Shown: positions 1 through 11,484 of the stretch, one piece after another
How positions within the stretch are numbered: the stretch's first letter is position 1
Layout: each line of letters starts with the position of its first letter
DNA from: an uncultured Alphaproteobacteria bacterium
GTDB taxonomy: Bacteria > Pseudomonadota > Alphaproteobacteria > Methylaequorales > Methylaequoraceae
NCBI GenBank assembly: GCA_964484795.1
Contig: CAZAFN010000007.1
Coordinates: 1-60,119, forward strand
Direction: 5' to 3'
DNA length: 60,119 nt
The notes under the pieces: model-generated
The model's input: only the letters and a program-made list of their open reading frames with translations
Told to the model about the DNA's origin: nothing
Databases searched by the model: none
Made by a program: the position numbers and the translations under genes

Positions 1-1853
<1,853 letters not shown>

Positions 1854-1902
1854 TCCACATAAAAATTCCTAAAACAAATATAATGGCCAATAAAAAAAAC
1901 AC

Positions 1903-1946
1903 AAATACTTATAAATTATTATTAAAATACTTATAAATTATTATTA
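1903..1946. repeat. Perfect 22-bp direct tandem repeat (AAATACTTATAAATTATTATTA x2)
   Basis: Copies at 1903-1924 and 1925-1946 in the coxB/tldD divergent intergenic region. Confidence 0.9.
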
Positions 1947-2053
1947 AACAGTAACATAATTATATATAACTAGATAATATTTACAACAATGTAGATTATT
2001 GATATTTTAGACTACATTTATAGAATGTTAATATTTGAGAATTATTTAAGTCT

Positions 2054-3457
2054 ATGCGCAACATAAAGAAAAACTGGGATGATCAAACTGCAACCAGACT
2101 TGTAGACGAGTTTTTGAATCCATTTGATGATGGTGAACTTTTTGTAGAGGAAGTCTTTTCAGAAAATATAGTTTTTGATGACAATAAAATCAAAAATTCC
2201 AGTTTTGACCAGGATAGAGGATTCGGAATCAGGGCTCTATATGGTGAAACAACAAAATTTTTCCATAGCACAAACTTAGAATCTGAAACATTAAAAAAAG
2301 GTTTTAAGTCCGTAAAAAATTATGAAACTTTAAAATCTTCAACTAATGATCCAAAGGAAACCAAAACCAACAAATTATTGTACGACAATACCAATCCAAT
2401 TTCCTTGATTTCTTTGAATGACAAAATTTCCCTTCTCGAAAGTGTCAATGACTATGCAAGAAAAATTAATTCAATGGTCAAACAAGTTTCCGTTAGCCTT
2501 AATGCCAATTATCAAAACATTGAGATTACAAGAAAAAATGGAAATTTTTTTTCTGATTCCAGACCTTTAGTAAGAATGAATGTTAACATTTCTGTTGAAA
2601 AAAATGGAAAGGTTGAGACTGGATCATATGGACTAGGTGGTCGATATATGTATGATCGATTATTTGCAGAAAGAGCTTGGAAATCTGCAGTGGATTCGGC
2701 TTATAATCAGGCAAAAATAAGATTAGGTGCAAAGAAAACTCCACCAGGAGAACAGACTGTGGTTTTAGGTCCTGGATGGCCTGGGATTTTGCTCCACGAA
2801 GCTGTTGGGCACGGACTTGAAGGGGATTTCAACAGAAAGCAAACTTCTGCCTTTTATGACTTGTTAGGCCAAAAGGTAGCATCTGAACAGATTACTATAG
2901 TTGACGATGGTACAATTCCAGATAGAAGAGGATCACTGACGATTGATGATGAAGGCACTCCATCACAAAATACCACACTAATAGAAAAAGGAATTCTTAA
3001 GGGTTTTATGCATGACAGACAAAATGCCAGATTAATGAATCAATCACCAACTGGAAATGGAAGAAGAGAAAGCTATTCACATGTTCCAATGCCAAGAATG
3101 ACAAACACATATATGCTTAATGGAAAATACGAACACGATGAATTGATAAAATCAACTAAAAAAGGAATTTATGCCTCCCAATTCAGTGGTGGTCAAGTAG
3201 ACATAACTTCTGGAAAATTTGTTTTCAGTGCATCAGAAGCATATGAAATTAAGGATGGCAAAATAGGCAAACCATTAAAGGGAGCAACTCTTATTGGAAA
3301 CGGACCGGAAATTCTTAAGGAAGTATCTATGGTAGGAAATAATTTGCAACTAGACAATGGAATTGGCACTTGTGGAAAAGAAGGTCAAATGGTGCCGGTT
3401 GGAGTAGGTCAACCAAGTTTAAAAATAAAAAAGTTAACCGTCGGAGGAACTCTTTGA
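2054..3457 (+). CDS. tldD: Metalloprotease TldD
   Basis: GILLHEAVGHGLEGDFNRK, PMPRMTNTYM and CGKEGQMVPVGVGQP motifs. Confidence 0.96.
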   Translation: MRNIKKNWDDQTATRLVDEFLNPFDDGELFVEEVFSENIVFDDNKIKNSSFDQDRGFGIRALYGETTKFFHSTNLESETLKKGFKSVKNYETLKSSTNDPKETKTNKLLYDNTNPISLISLNDKISLLESVNDYARKINSMVKQVSVSLNANYQNIEITRKNGNFFSDSRPLVRMNVNISVEKNGKVETGSYGLGGRYMYDRLFAERAWKSAVDSAYNQAKIRLGAKKTPPGEQTVVLGPGWPGILLHEAVGHGLEGDFNRKQTSAFYDLLGQKVASEQITIVDDGTIPDRRGSLTIDDEGTPSQNTTLIEKGILKGFMHDRQNARLMNQSPTGNGRRESYSHVPMPRMTNTYMLNGKYEHDELIKSTKKGIYASQFSGGQVDITSGKFVFSASEAYEIKDGKIGKPLKGATLIGNGPEILKEVSMVGNNLQLDNGIGTCGKEGQMVPVGVGQPSLKIKKLTVGGTL

Positions 3458-3751
3458 GTCTTCCTTATTGTGAATCTCATCAAAAATCTTTTCTTCATAT
3501 TTTATAAAACCTTGGATCATTAACGTCCAAATACGCCTTACTAAACCCTTAGGTAATTTTTTCTTTTCAGCTGCAATCTCTAGTTTTTCTAAAATTGTTC
3601 TAATTCTCTTTCTATCAATTATTTGATTTCTACTCTTTAATTTTACCACCTCAACTACTAATTCTTTTCTATCAGAAATAAGTTCTAATATTCTTGAATC
3701 AATCTTATCTATCTCTTTTCTAATTTCTTCTATTGAATTAAACTTTTTCAT
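3434..3751 (-). CDS. Stand-alone chorismate mutase (AroQ/type II family)
   Basis: IEEIRKEIDKIDSRILELISDR...VVKLK...D..R pattern; 105 aa. Confidence 0.8.
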   Translation of the reverse strand: MKKFNSIEEIRKEIDKIDSRILELISDRKELVVEVVKLKSRNQIIDRKRIRTILEKLEIAAEKKKLPKGLVRRIWTLMIQGFIKYEEKIFDEIHNKEDSKSSSDG

Positions 3752-5102
3752 TTTCCTTTAAAATTTTAAAATAGTTAGTTTCGTATATGTTATCAATATC
3801 ATTGGACCATTCACTAATAAACAAGTTTTTCCAGGTCTCGCCGGGTGATCTTCCATTTCTCAAAATATGCCATAAAGGCTCAAGAAAAACTTTTTCACAT
3901 TCTTCACCCGATCTAACATTTCTTTTTTCCAAACCCTTTGAAGAATAATTTAAAAGACGTTTTAAAAACTCTGCCAAATCTTCTCCATCTGGATTCATTG
4001 TTCTCAAACCATACAAACGAACGTCTTGGTAAAATTCTCTTATTTTATTAATTTTCCAATGTTTTATAGAATCCCAAACCTTATCTAAAGTTTCTTCATC
4101 ATAAAGGATACCAGCCCAAAAAGCTGGGAGTGCACATACTCTAGACCAAGGACCGCCATCAGCTCCTCGAAGTTCTATAAATGATTTCAATCTAACCTCA
4201 GGAAAAACAGTTGTCATATGCACATTCCAGTCTGAAATATTTGCAATTAAATTTGGAAATTTTTTTATTTTTCCTTCCATAAAATGCCTAAATGAATGAC
4301 CACAGAAATTTAAATATTTGTTATTTCTTATTACAAAGTACATAGGAACATCAAGCAGATAATCTACATATCTCTCGAATGAAAAACACTCGTCATAAAT
4401 GAATGGCAACAAACCACATCTATCTTTATCCGTCTTGGTCCAGATGTATGATCTGTAACTTAGATATTTTGTAAGCTTCCCATTAACGAATGGAGAATTT
4501 GCATAAAGTGCAATTATAGCAGGTTGTAATGATTGGCTTACGCGAAATTTCTTAATCATATCTTCTTCAGAAGAAAAATCATAATTGGCTTGAATGGTAG
4601 TTGTTCGGAGCATCATATCCAATCCTCTCGTTCCAACTTTAGGCATATAAGCACTCATTATCTTATACCGTTCCTTAGGCATTATTGAAATATCTTCTAA
4701 TCCCCATTTAGGTAAAACACCCATACCCATAAAGTCAATGTCAAGACTTTTACATACATTATCTAATTCTTTTTGATGACTATTTACTTCTCTACAAGTC
4801 TCAAAAAGACTTTTAAGTGGAGATCCTGAAAGTTCTATCTGCCCACCTGGTTCGAGTGTGATGGAAGCGTTTTTTTTCCTTAGAGAAATTATGTTGTTAC
4901 CCTCATAAATTTTCCTCCACTTAAACTTTTTGCTTAATGCAGTGAATATTTTACTTATGTCTTTAAAACTTATAGGTTTTAAGTTTTTTTTTTTAAAACC
5001 AAACTTTTCATGTTCTGTGCCAATTTTCCATAACTTTTTAGGTTTGCACCCTCTTGAAATTGACTGTATCAAATCTTCCTTTGTTAATTTTTTTTCACTC
5101 AC
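3738..5102 (-). CDS. gshA: Glutamate--cysteine ligase (alphaproteobacterial/plant type)
   Basis: IGTEHEKF, TLEPGGQIELSG, FPEVRLKSFIELRGADGGP. Confidence 0.96.
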   Translation of the reverse strand: MSEKKLTKEDLIQSISRGCKPKKLWKIGTEHEKFGFKKKNLKPISFKDISKIFTALSKKFKWRKIYEGNNIISLRKKNASITLEPGGQIELSGSPLKSLFETCREVNSHQKELDNVCKSLDIDFMGMGVLPKWGLEDISIMPKERYKIMSAYMPKVGTRGLDMMLRTTTIQANYDFSSEEDMIKKFRVSQSLQPAIIALYANSPFVNGKLTKYLSYRSYIWTKTDKDRCGLLPFIYDECFSFERYVDYLLDVPMYFVIRNNKYLNFCGHSFRHFMEGKIKKFPNLIANISDWNVHMTTVFPEVRLKSFIELRGADGGPWSRVCALPAFWAGILYDEETLDKVWDSIKHWKINKIREFYQDVRLYGLRTMNPDGEDLAEFLKRLLNYSSKGLEKRNVRSGEECEKVFLEPLWHILRNGRSPGETWKNLFISEWSNDIDNIYETNYFKILKENEKV

Positions 5103-5791
5103 ATCAACATTGTCCTAACACACGACAAAGAAAAAATTGCTGCTGTATCAGCCTTTAAAATGTTTTTTCCCAATGTTACCTTGAAAACTTTTCTATCTCT
5201 AAAATAACTTTTATCTTTCTCTGACCAGCCACCAACTGGACCAACAAAAATAGCAATTCGTTTCTTATTTATTGGGAGTTTAAAAATGGGCTCACCTCCA
5301 CTCTCATCACAAAATATTATTGATCTATCAGAATTCCAATTTTTAAGTAAATCATCAATTTTCGCAAGAGGTTCTAATGTTGGAACATATAAAGATTCGC
5401 TTTGCTCCACAGATTCAACAATTATTCTATTGAGTCTTTCATAATTTAGTCTCAATCTTTCGGAATGATCGGTCAAAATAGGTATTATTTTTTTTACCCC
5501 AATTTCAGTTATTTTTTCGATTAAATAATTGATGTTTTTAGATTTTATCAAACTAAAACAAATCCATATATCAGGTACGTCTTCTTTCAATTTGACAAGA
5601 TTTATAGGAATCAATTTTGTTTTTTTCAATTCTAGACGTGCAAGCCACTCTTCTCTATCATTAAATATAAAAATCTGGTCGCCGTCTTTTTTTCTCAAAA
5701 CATTTTTAATGTAATGAACTTGTTGTTTGCTAGGATATATAAACTCCGAGTTTGAAATTTCTTTTTGAAAGTATAATCTGACTTTGGGCAT
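5099..5791 (-). CDS. rsmE: 16S rRNA m3U1498 methyltransferase
   Basis: HYIKNVLR, IEKITEIGV, VGPVGGW and LGKNILKADTAA SPOUT motifs. Confidence 0.9.
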   Translation of the reverse strand: MPKVRLYFQKEISNSEFIYPSKQQVHYIKNVLRKKDGDQIFIFNDREEWLARLELKKTKLIPINLVKLKEDVPDIWICFSLIKSKNINYLIEKITEIGVKKIIPILTDHSERLRLNYERLNRIIVESVEQSESLYVPTLEPLAKIDDLLKNWNSDRSIIFCDESGGEPIFKLPINKKRIAIFVGPVGGWSEKDKSYFRDRKVFKVTLGKNILKADTAAIFSLSCVRTMLM

Positions 5792-5826
5792 ATTAAATTA
5801 GGTTGTTATGAATAACTAATCGATCA

Positions 5827-6693
5827 ATGTTTAAAAAATTAATTGAAAAAAGCAAGACATTATTACTTCTTGGAAGATATAATTATCCCACTGGAGCTTT
5901 CTTGCTGATGTGGCCATGTTTTTGGGGAGTTGTTTATGAAATCAATCTAGAAAAAAATATTCTTTTAACCCTTTTTTTGTTGGCTATAGGGTCATTCACA
6001 ATGAGAGGAGCAGGTTGCTGTATAAATGATTTTTTCGATAAAGATTTTGATAAAAAGGTTTTAAGAACAAAAAACAGACCACTAGCCAAAGGAAATTTAA
6101 GCAAAAAAGAAGCAATTATCTTCATTTTTTTTCAGATGATTATTGGGTTGATGATTGTTATCCAATTTAACATCAAAGTTATTCTTTTCAGTTTTGCAAT
6201 AATTCCTTTAATAATAATCTATCCATTATTTAAAAGAATCACGGACTATCCACAAATCATTTTAGGATTAATATTTAATTGGGGAATAATCGTTGGTTTT
6301 TTAACACAAAACCCTGAATTGAGTCTTGGCACATTATTCTTATACTTTGGAGGTTTTTTCTTAACAATTGGATACGATACCATTTATGGATTTCAAGATA
6401 TTCGAGATGACAAAAGAATTGGAGTAAAATCCTTATCCCTTAAACTAGAAAAAAAACCAAAATACTTTGTTTTTCTAATTTACTTAGTCAGTCAAATTTT
6501 TTTCACAATTGCTTTTTTAATCAAAAGCTCAAATCTTATTGCTAGTCTGTTATTAAGCTTAATATTATTTTTTTGTATTTCTTGGCAATATTATGCTTTT
6601 ACACAAAAGATTCCACTTAAAAAAATATTTGATTTTAATGCATACCAGGGTGGAATTATTTTTCTGATGATTTTTTTTCTAAACTATTTGTAA
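5827..6693 (+). CDS. ubiA: 4-hydroxybenzoate polyprenyltransferase
   Basis: MRGAGCCINDFFDKDFD, RTKNRPLA, YDTIYGFQDIRDD; multiple TM segments. Confidence 0.94.
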   Translation: MFKKLIEKSKTLLLLGRYNYPTGAFLLMWPCFWGVVYEINLEKNILLTLFLLAIGSFTMRGAGCCINDFFDKDFDKKVLRTKNRPLAKGNLSKKEAIIFIFFQMIIGLMIVIQFNIKVILFSFAIIPLIIIYPLFKRITDYPQIILGLIFNWGIIVGFLTQNPELSLGTLFLYFGGFFLTIGYDTIYGFQDIRDDKRIGVKSLSLKLEKKPKYFVFLIYLVSQIFFTIAFLIKSSNLIASLLLSLILFFCISWQYYAFTQKIPLKKIFDFNAYQGGIIFLMIFFLNYL

Positions 6694-6869
6694 GGCAAAA
6701 TAACGTATCGAATATTACAATTATCAACATTCATCCAAGATATTTTATCCCATTCTTCTTTTGCTTCACCATAACTATTAAATGGACCATATCTCTCAAG
6801 ATCATAACCTTCCATTAGATCTTTAAAATCTGTATTCTCGTATACACCACCAACAACCCAGTAACTCAT
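6684..6869 (-). CDS. Small conserved protein, DUF4170-like
   Basis: YWVVGGVYENTDF...ERYGPF.SY.EA..EW...RY pattern; ATG at 6869; usual neighbour of pmbA in alphaproteobacteria. Confidence 0.7.
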   Translation of the reverse strand: MSYWVVGGVYENTDFKDLMEGYDLERYGPFNSYGEAKEEWDKISWMNVDNCNIRYVILPYK

Positions 6870-6929
6870 TTTCAAAATAGTTTTGTTTATGTTGTAATTA
6901 TAGCAAATTAAAATATAAATTAATATTTT

Positions 6930-8270
6930 ATGAAAAAAAAGAAAATAGAAGAAATAATAAATAAACTGCAGAAAAAAGGGTGTGATGAATCAGATGTGTT
7001 TTATTCAGAGTCCCGGACCATATGTTCATCTGCTCGACTTGGAAAAATAGAAAAAACAGAAACCAGTGAAGTTAAAGAAATTGGAATAAGAGCAATTGTT
7101 GGGAAAAAACAATCAATAATTTCATCCACAAATCTTGAACAAAAGAACATCAACAACCTAATTGATAAAGTTTTTGAAATGGCAAAGATTGTTCCCACAA
7201 ATGAATATTGTGGTTTAGCCAAAAATGACCAAATAATCAAAGTTAAAAAAAAAGAATTTGACGATTTACAACTATGTGATTCTTTTTCCCCATCAACAAA
7301 AAAATTAAATGATCTAGTTCTATCTTTTGAAAATAGTGCGCTTGAAAACAAAAAAATTATTAATTCGGAAGGGGCAGAGATTTCATACTCCAAAAATAAA
7401 TACTTTTTGTTAGGTTCTAATGGTTTAGAACTTGAATTTGAAAAAACTCATAGTGATTATATAATTGCTGTTTTAGCAGGAAATTCAAAATCGATGGAAA
7501 GAGAATATGATTACAAATCCAAAGTTTTCTTTAAGGATTTAGGGGATTTTGATCAAATTGGAAAAGACGTTTCAAAAAAGGCTATTAAAAAACTCAATGC
7601 AAAAAAAATAAAAACTTGTAAAAGCAACGTAATTTTTGACTCAAAAGTTTCCTCAACGCTTTTAAGCAACCTTTTCTCAGCATGTAATGCCTCATCAATT
7701 ATAAAGGGAATAAGTTTTCTTAAAAAATCTAGAGGAAAAAAAATATTTAATGAAAACATTAACATAATTGATGATCCAACAATGAAAGCTAAACTCAGAT
7801 CAAAAATTTCAGATTGCGAAGGAATTGCTAGCCAGAAAAAAAATTTGATAAAGGATGGTCGCTTACAGTTTTTCTTTAATTCATTGAGTACCGCAAAACA
7901 ATTAAAGGAAAGACCAACCGGACATGCTTCAAGAAGTGCTTCTTCAATACCTGAGCCATCCTATTCAAACCTTTATATGGAAAAAGGGAAAACATCTAAA
8001 AATGATATGATCAAATCATTAAAAAAAGGGTTGTTAATCACAGAATTGATGGGGAGTTCTATTAATTATTCTAATGGTGACTATAGTAGAGGAGCGTCTG
8101 GTTTTTGGGTTGAAAATGGTGAAATAGTGTTTCCCGTATCAGAGGTTACAATTGCAGGAAATCTCAAAAATATCTTTTCCAATTTAATACCTGCCGATGA
8201 TTTAGAATTTGATTTTGGAATCAATGCACCATCTTGTATGATTGAAAATTTAACTTTGGGTGGCATATAA
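6930..8270 (+). CDS. pmbA: TldE/PmbA metalloprotease partner subunit
   Basis: DCEG, PTGHASR, GDYSRGASGFWVENGEIVFPVSEVTIAGNL, APS motifs. Confidence 0.92.
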   Translation: MKKKKIEEIINKLQKKGCDESDVFYSESRTICSSARLGKIEKTETSEVKEIGIRAIVGKKQSIISSTNLEQKNINNLIDKVFEMAKIVPTNEYCGLAKNDQIIKVKKKEFDDLQLCDSFSPSTKKLNDLVLSFENSALENKKIINSEGAEISYSKNKYFLLGSNGLELEFEKTHSDYIIAVLAGNSKSMEREYDYKSKVFFKDLGDFDQIGKDVSKKAIKKLNAKKIKTCKSNVIFDSKVSSTLLSNLFSACNASSIIKGISFLKKSRGKKIFNENINIIDDPTMKAKLRSKISDCEGIASQKKNLIKDGRLQFFFNSLSTAKQLKERPTGHASRSASSIPEPSYSNLYMEKGKTSKNDMIKSLKKGLLITELMGSSINYSNGDYSRGASGFWVENGEIVFPVSEVTIAGNLKNIFSNLIPADDLEFDFGINAPSCMIENLTLGGI

Positions 8271-9059
8271 TTGTTAGATAACATTTCCTATTATGATTTA
8301 GAAAAAATTTCTAGGGATGCATTATTTCATGCTGCCAAAATTGCTCTTGATCTAAAAGAAAAAGTCTTGGTCAAATATAAATCACAAAATCAACCTGTTA
8401 CTCAAGCTGACATAAAAATAGATGATTATTTGAAAAGTTTTTTTAGCATTAAAACACCAAATTTTGGTTGGTTATCTGAAGAGTCTTGTGATGATGGTTC
8501 AAGATTAAATTCAGAATTTTTCTGGTGTTTAGACCCCATAGACGGAACTCGTTCTTACATAAATGGCAAGCCTGAATATACTATTTCACTTGCCTTACTT
8601 AAAAATTCCAACCCTTTAATGGGAATGATACTTAATCCGGAAACAGAAGAGTTTTTTTTTGCAAAAAAAAAATGTGGTGCATTTTGTAATGGAAAAAAAA
8701 TATCTGTAAATCAAAAAAAAAATATTGATTTTTGTAGTTATGCTATAAGTAATTCTGAAACAAAAAAACTTTCCGAATTTAGTTTTATAAATGATAAGAA
8801 TGTAGTTAAAATGGGGTCCATTGCTTATAAAATCGCCCTCGTAGCAAAAGGGAAAATTGATGTGGCATTAAGTTTTACAAGAAAAAATGACTGGGATCTT
8901 GCTGCGGCTAGCTTAATTATAGAAGAAGCTGGTGGAAAAATAAAAAAAATTTGTGGGAATGACATTACTTATAATACATCTGACTTAAGGATAGATTCCG
9001 TAATTGCATCAAATTTCTCTTTATTCTCAGAATTAAGAAAAAAATTAAACCGAATCTAA
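8271..9059 (+). CDS. Inositol monophosphatase/CysQ-family phosphatase
   Basis: PVTQAD, WLSEE, WCLDPIDGTRSY, WDLAAASLIIEEAGG. Confidence 0.88.
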   Translation: MLDNISYYDLEKISRDALFHAAKIALDLKEKVLVKYKSQNQPVTQADIKIDDYLKSFFSIKTPNFGWLSEESCDDGSRLNSEFFWCLDPIDGTRSYINGKPEYTISLALLKNSNPLMGMILNPETEEFFFAKKKCGAFCNGKKISVNQKKNIDFCSYAISNSETKKLSEFSFINDKNVVKMGSIAYKIALVAKGKIDVALSFTRKNDWDLAAASLIIEEAGGKIKKICGNDITYNTSDLRIDSVIASNFSLFSELRKKLNRI

Positions 9060-9067
9060 GAATTAAA

Positions 9068-10852
9068 ATGCCTACATCATCAACAAAAGCACTTGTTCAT
9101 CAGTTATTTCAAAAATACATAAGAAAACATTCTACAAAATTATTCTTGTCAATTTTCTGTATGATAATAGTTTCGGCATCGACTGCAATCAATGCCTGGA
9201 TGATGCAGCCAGTTTTAGATGACATATTTATCAATAAAAATGAAGCTCTAATCATAATCATACCTATAGCAGTGTTAGCTATAGCGGTTATTAAAGGCGC
9301 TGCATCCTATTTTCAATCAATCTTGATGAGTTTTGTAGGATACAAAATGGTTGCTGATTTACAAAAAGAAATGTTCCAATCATTAATCAGGTGTGACATT
9401 TCTTATTTTAATGAAACAAACTCCGGCACACTTGTTTCAAGATTCCTAGCTGACGTTGGATCTTTGTCAAGAGGTGTTCATAACGTAATCATTAACATAA
9501 TAAAAGATTCTCTAACCTTTATTTTTCTAGTTTTCGTAATGTTTTACCATGATTTCAAACTTGCATTTATTGCAATATTTATTTTTCCAATAGCAATATT
9601 TCCAATTACTAGAATTGGAAAAAGATTAAGGAAAATATCAAAAAACACTCAGGTTGGCTTTGGGCATTTCACATCAAAACTCTCTGAATCTTTAACAGGA
9701 ATTAAAACCATCAAATCATTTAATGCTGAGAAATTTGAAGAAGAAAAAATTGATTTTGAAATTGAAAATTTGTTTAACCTAACATTTAAATCTACAAAAG
9801 TTAATTCAATCGCAAGACCACTTATGGAGACACTTGGTGGAATCGCAGTGGCAATGATAATTTTCATTGGGGGAAGTGAAGTGATTTCTGGAGAAACAAC
9901 TCCAGGAACATTTTTTTCTTTTTTGACTGCTCTTTTAATGGCTTATCAACCTATTAAATCATTGGCAAGTTTAAATGCCACATTGCAAATGGCAATGGCC
10001 TCTGCCGAGCGAATCTTTGAAATTATTGAAAAAAAACCATTAATAAGTGAAAAAAAAGAAAATAGTGACAAAATTTTAAAAAAAAACACTCCGTATGATA
10101 TGCAATTTGAAAAAGTTTTTTTCAAATATCACAAATCTGAAAGATACATTCTTAAAAATATAAATTTTAAAATACACAAGGGTGAAAAAATAGCTTTAGT
10201 TGGTCATTCAGGAGCAGGCAAAACTACTTTGCTAAATTTATTGCCTAGGTTTTTTGATCCATTAAAAGGAAAAATAAAGCTCGGAGGAATTGATTTGAAA
10301 GATTTTAGCCTAAGTTTTATTAGAGATCACTTTTCTTTGGTAAGTCAAGACATTGTGCTTTTTGATGAAACAGTAAAATACAATATTGCTTATGGTACAA
10401 AAAATACAAATCATTTGCTTTTACAAGATGCTTGTAAAAAAGCAAATTGTGATGAATTTATTAAACAATTACCTAATGGAATGAACGAAATAATTGGAGA
10501 AAATGGAACCAAACTGTCCGGTGGACAAAGACAAAGAATTGCAATAGCTCGAGCTTTTATAAAAAACTCCCCATTTCTACTTCTTGATGAAGCAACTTCT
10601 GCTCTCGATTCAAAATCTGAAAAAAAAATTCATAATTCACTACTAAAATTAATGAAAAACAAAACTTCATTAATAATTGCTCATAGAATTTCTACAATAA
10701 TTGATGCAGATAAGATTATTCTGATGAATGAAGGAGAAATAATTGATGTTGGTACCCACAAGCAATTAATAAAGAGTTCCAAAATTTATAAAAATCTCTA
10801 CGAATTGCAATTTAAGAAGAAAATAAATGATAAAGAAAATTCTTACACATAA
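9068..10852 (+). CDS. msbA: Lipid A export ABC transporter MsbA-like
   Basis: 6-TM N-terminal domain, Walker A GHSGAGKT, LSGGQ signature, LLLDEATSALD; next to waaA/lpxK. Confidence 0.88.
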   Translation: MPTSSTKALVHQLFQKYIRKHSTKLFLSIFCMIIVSASTAINAWMMQPVLDDIFINKNEALIIIIPIAVLAIAVIKGAASYFQSILMSFVGYKMVADLQKEMFQSLIRCDISYFNETNSGTLVSRFLADVGSLSRGVHNVIINIIKDSLTFIFLVFVMFYHDFKLAFIAIFIFPIAIFPITRIGKRLRKISKNTQVGFGHFTSKLSESLTGIKTIKSFNAEKFEEEKIDFEIENLFNLTFKSTKVNSIARPLMETLGGIAVAMIIFIGGSEVISGETTPGTFFSFLTALLMAYQPIKSLASLNATLQMAMASAERIFEIIEKKPLISEKKENSDKILKKNTPYDMQFEKVFFKYHKSERYILKNINFKIHKGEKIALVGHSGAGKTTLLNLLPRFFDPLKGKIKLGGIDLKDFSLSFIRDHFSLVSQDIVLFDETVKYNIAYGTKNTNHLLLQDACKKANCDEFIKQLPNGMNEIIGENGTKLSGGQRQRIAIARAFIKNSPFLLLDEATSALDSKSEKKIHNSLLKLMKNKTSLIIAHRISTIIDADKIILMNEGEIIDVGTHKQLIKSSKIYKNLYELQFKKKINDKENSYT

Positions 10853-11483
10853 AATTACTCAGGCGTTTTTAGGATGGCTAATATCCTTTTATATTAGAAT
10901 CTGTTATCACACTTCTTTTTGGTTTGTAAAAAATGAAGACGTCATTATCAATCTAGTAAAAAAAAAAAAAAGTTTCATCGTTTGTTTTTGGCATAATAGA
11001 TTATTAATGGCGCCATTTTGTTGGAATTATGAAAATAAATTTAAGATGCTTATTTCAGATCACCGTGACGGAAGGATTATCTCAAATGCAGTCTTAAACC
11101 TTGGAATAGATACAATTTCAGGATCTTCAAGAAAAAACAAAATTTCCTCAGCAAAAGAAATTATTAAAGAAATTAAAAAAAAAAACATAATTGGCATTAC
11201 ACCTGATGGACCTAGAGGACCTAAAGAAAAAATAAAAGAGGGATTGGTATCATTAATAAAAAAAACTGGGGTTCCAATTATACCTTTGAGTTATTCTGCA
11301 AAATTTAAAATCAAATTTAGATCTTGGGACAATTTTATTTTTGTTACCCCTTTAAATAAATTTGTTGCTGTCTGGGGAAACCCCATATCATTTAATCAAA
11401 GTAAAAGTCTAACATATAACCTCGATGAAATTGAAAAAGAACTCCACAGAGTTACACTCTTATCTGATAATCTATCAAAATAA
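10827..11483 (+). CDS. DUF374 lysophospholipid acyltransferase-family protein
   Basis: FWHNRLL, LISDHRDG, ITPDGPRGP motifs; usual neighbour of waaA. Confidence 0.85.
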   Translation: MIKKILTHKITQAFLGWLISFYIRICYHTSFWFVKNEDVIINLVKKKKSFIVCFWHNRLLMAPFCWNYENKFKMLISDHRDGRIISNAVLNLGIDTISGSSRKNKISSAKEIIKEIKKKNIIGITPDGPRGPKEKIKEGLVSLIKKTGVPIIPLSYSAKFKIKFRSWDNFIFVTPLNKFVAVWGNPISFNQSKSLTYNLDEIEKELHRVTLLSDNLSK

Positions 11484-11484
11484 A

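Noticed and set aside
1903-1946. 22-bp repeat as a CRISPR remnant
   Set aside because: The copies are directly adjacent with no spacer, and there are no cas genes.
2054-8270. tldD/pmbA as part of a RiPP (microcin-type) cluster
   Set aside because: No precursor peptide or modification enzymes; the neighbourhood is the ordinary alphaproteobacterial core arrangement.
11425-11484. Extended waaA N-terminus in the ORF track
   Set aside because: It overlaps the upstream gene; ATG 11485 right after the DUF374 stop fits better.
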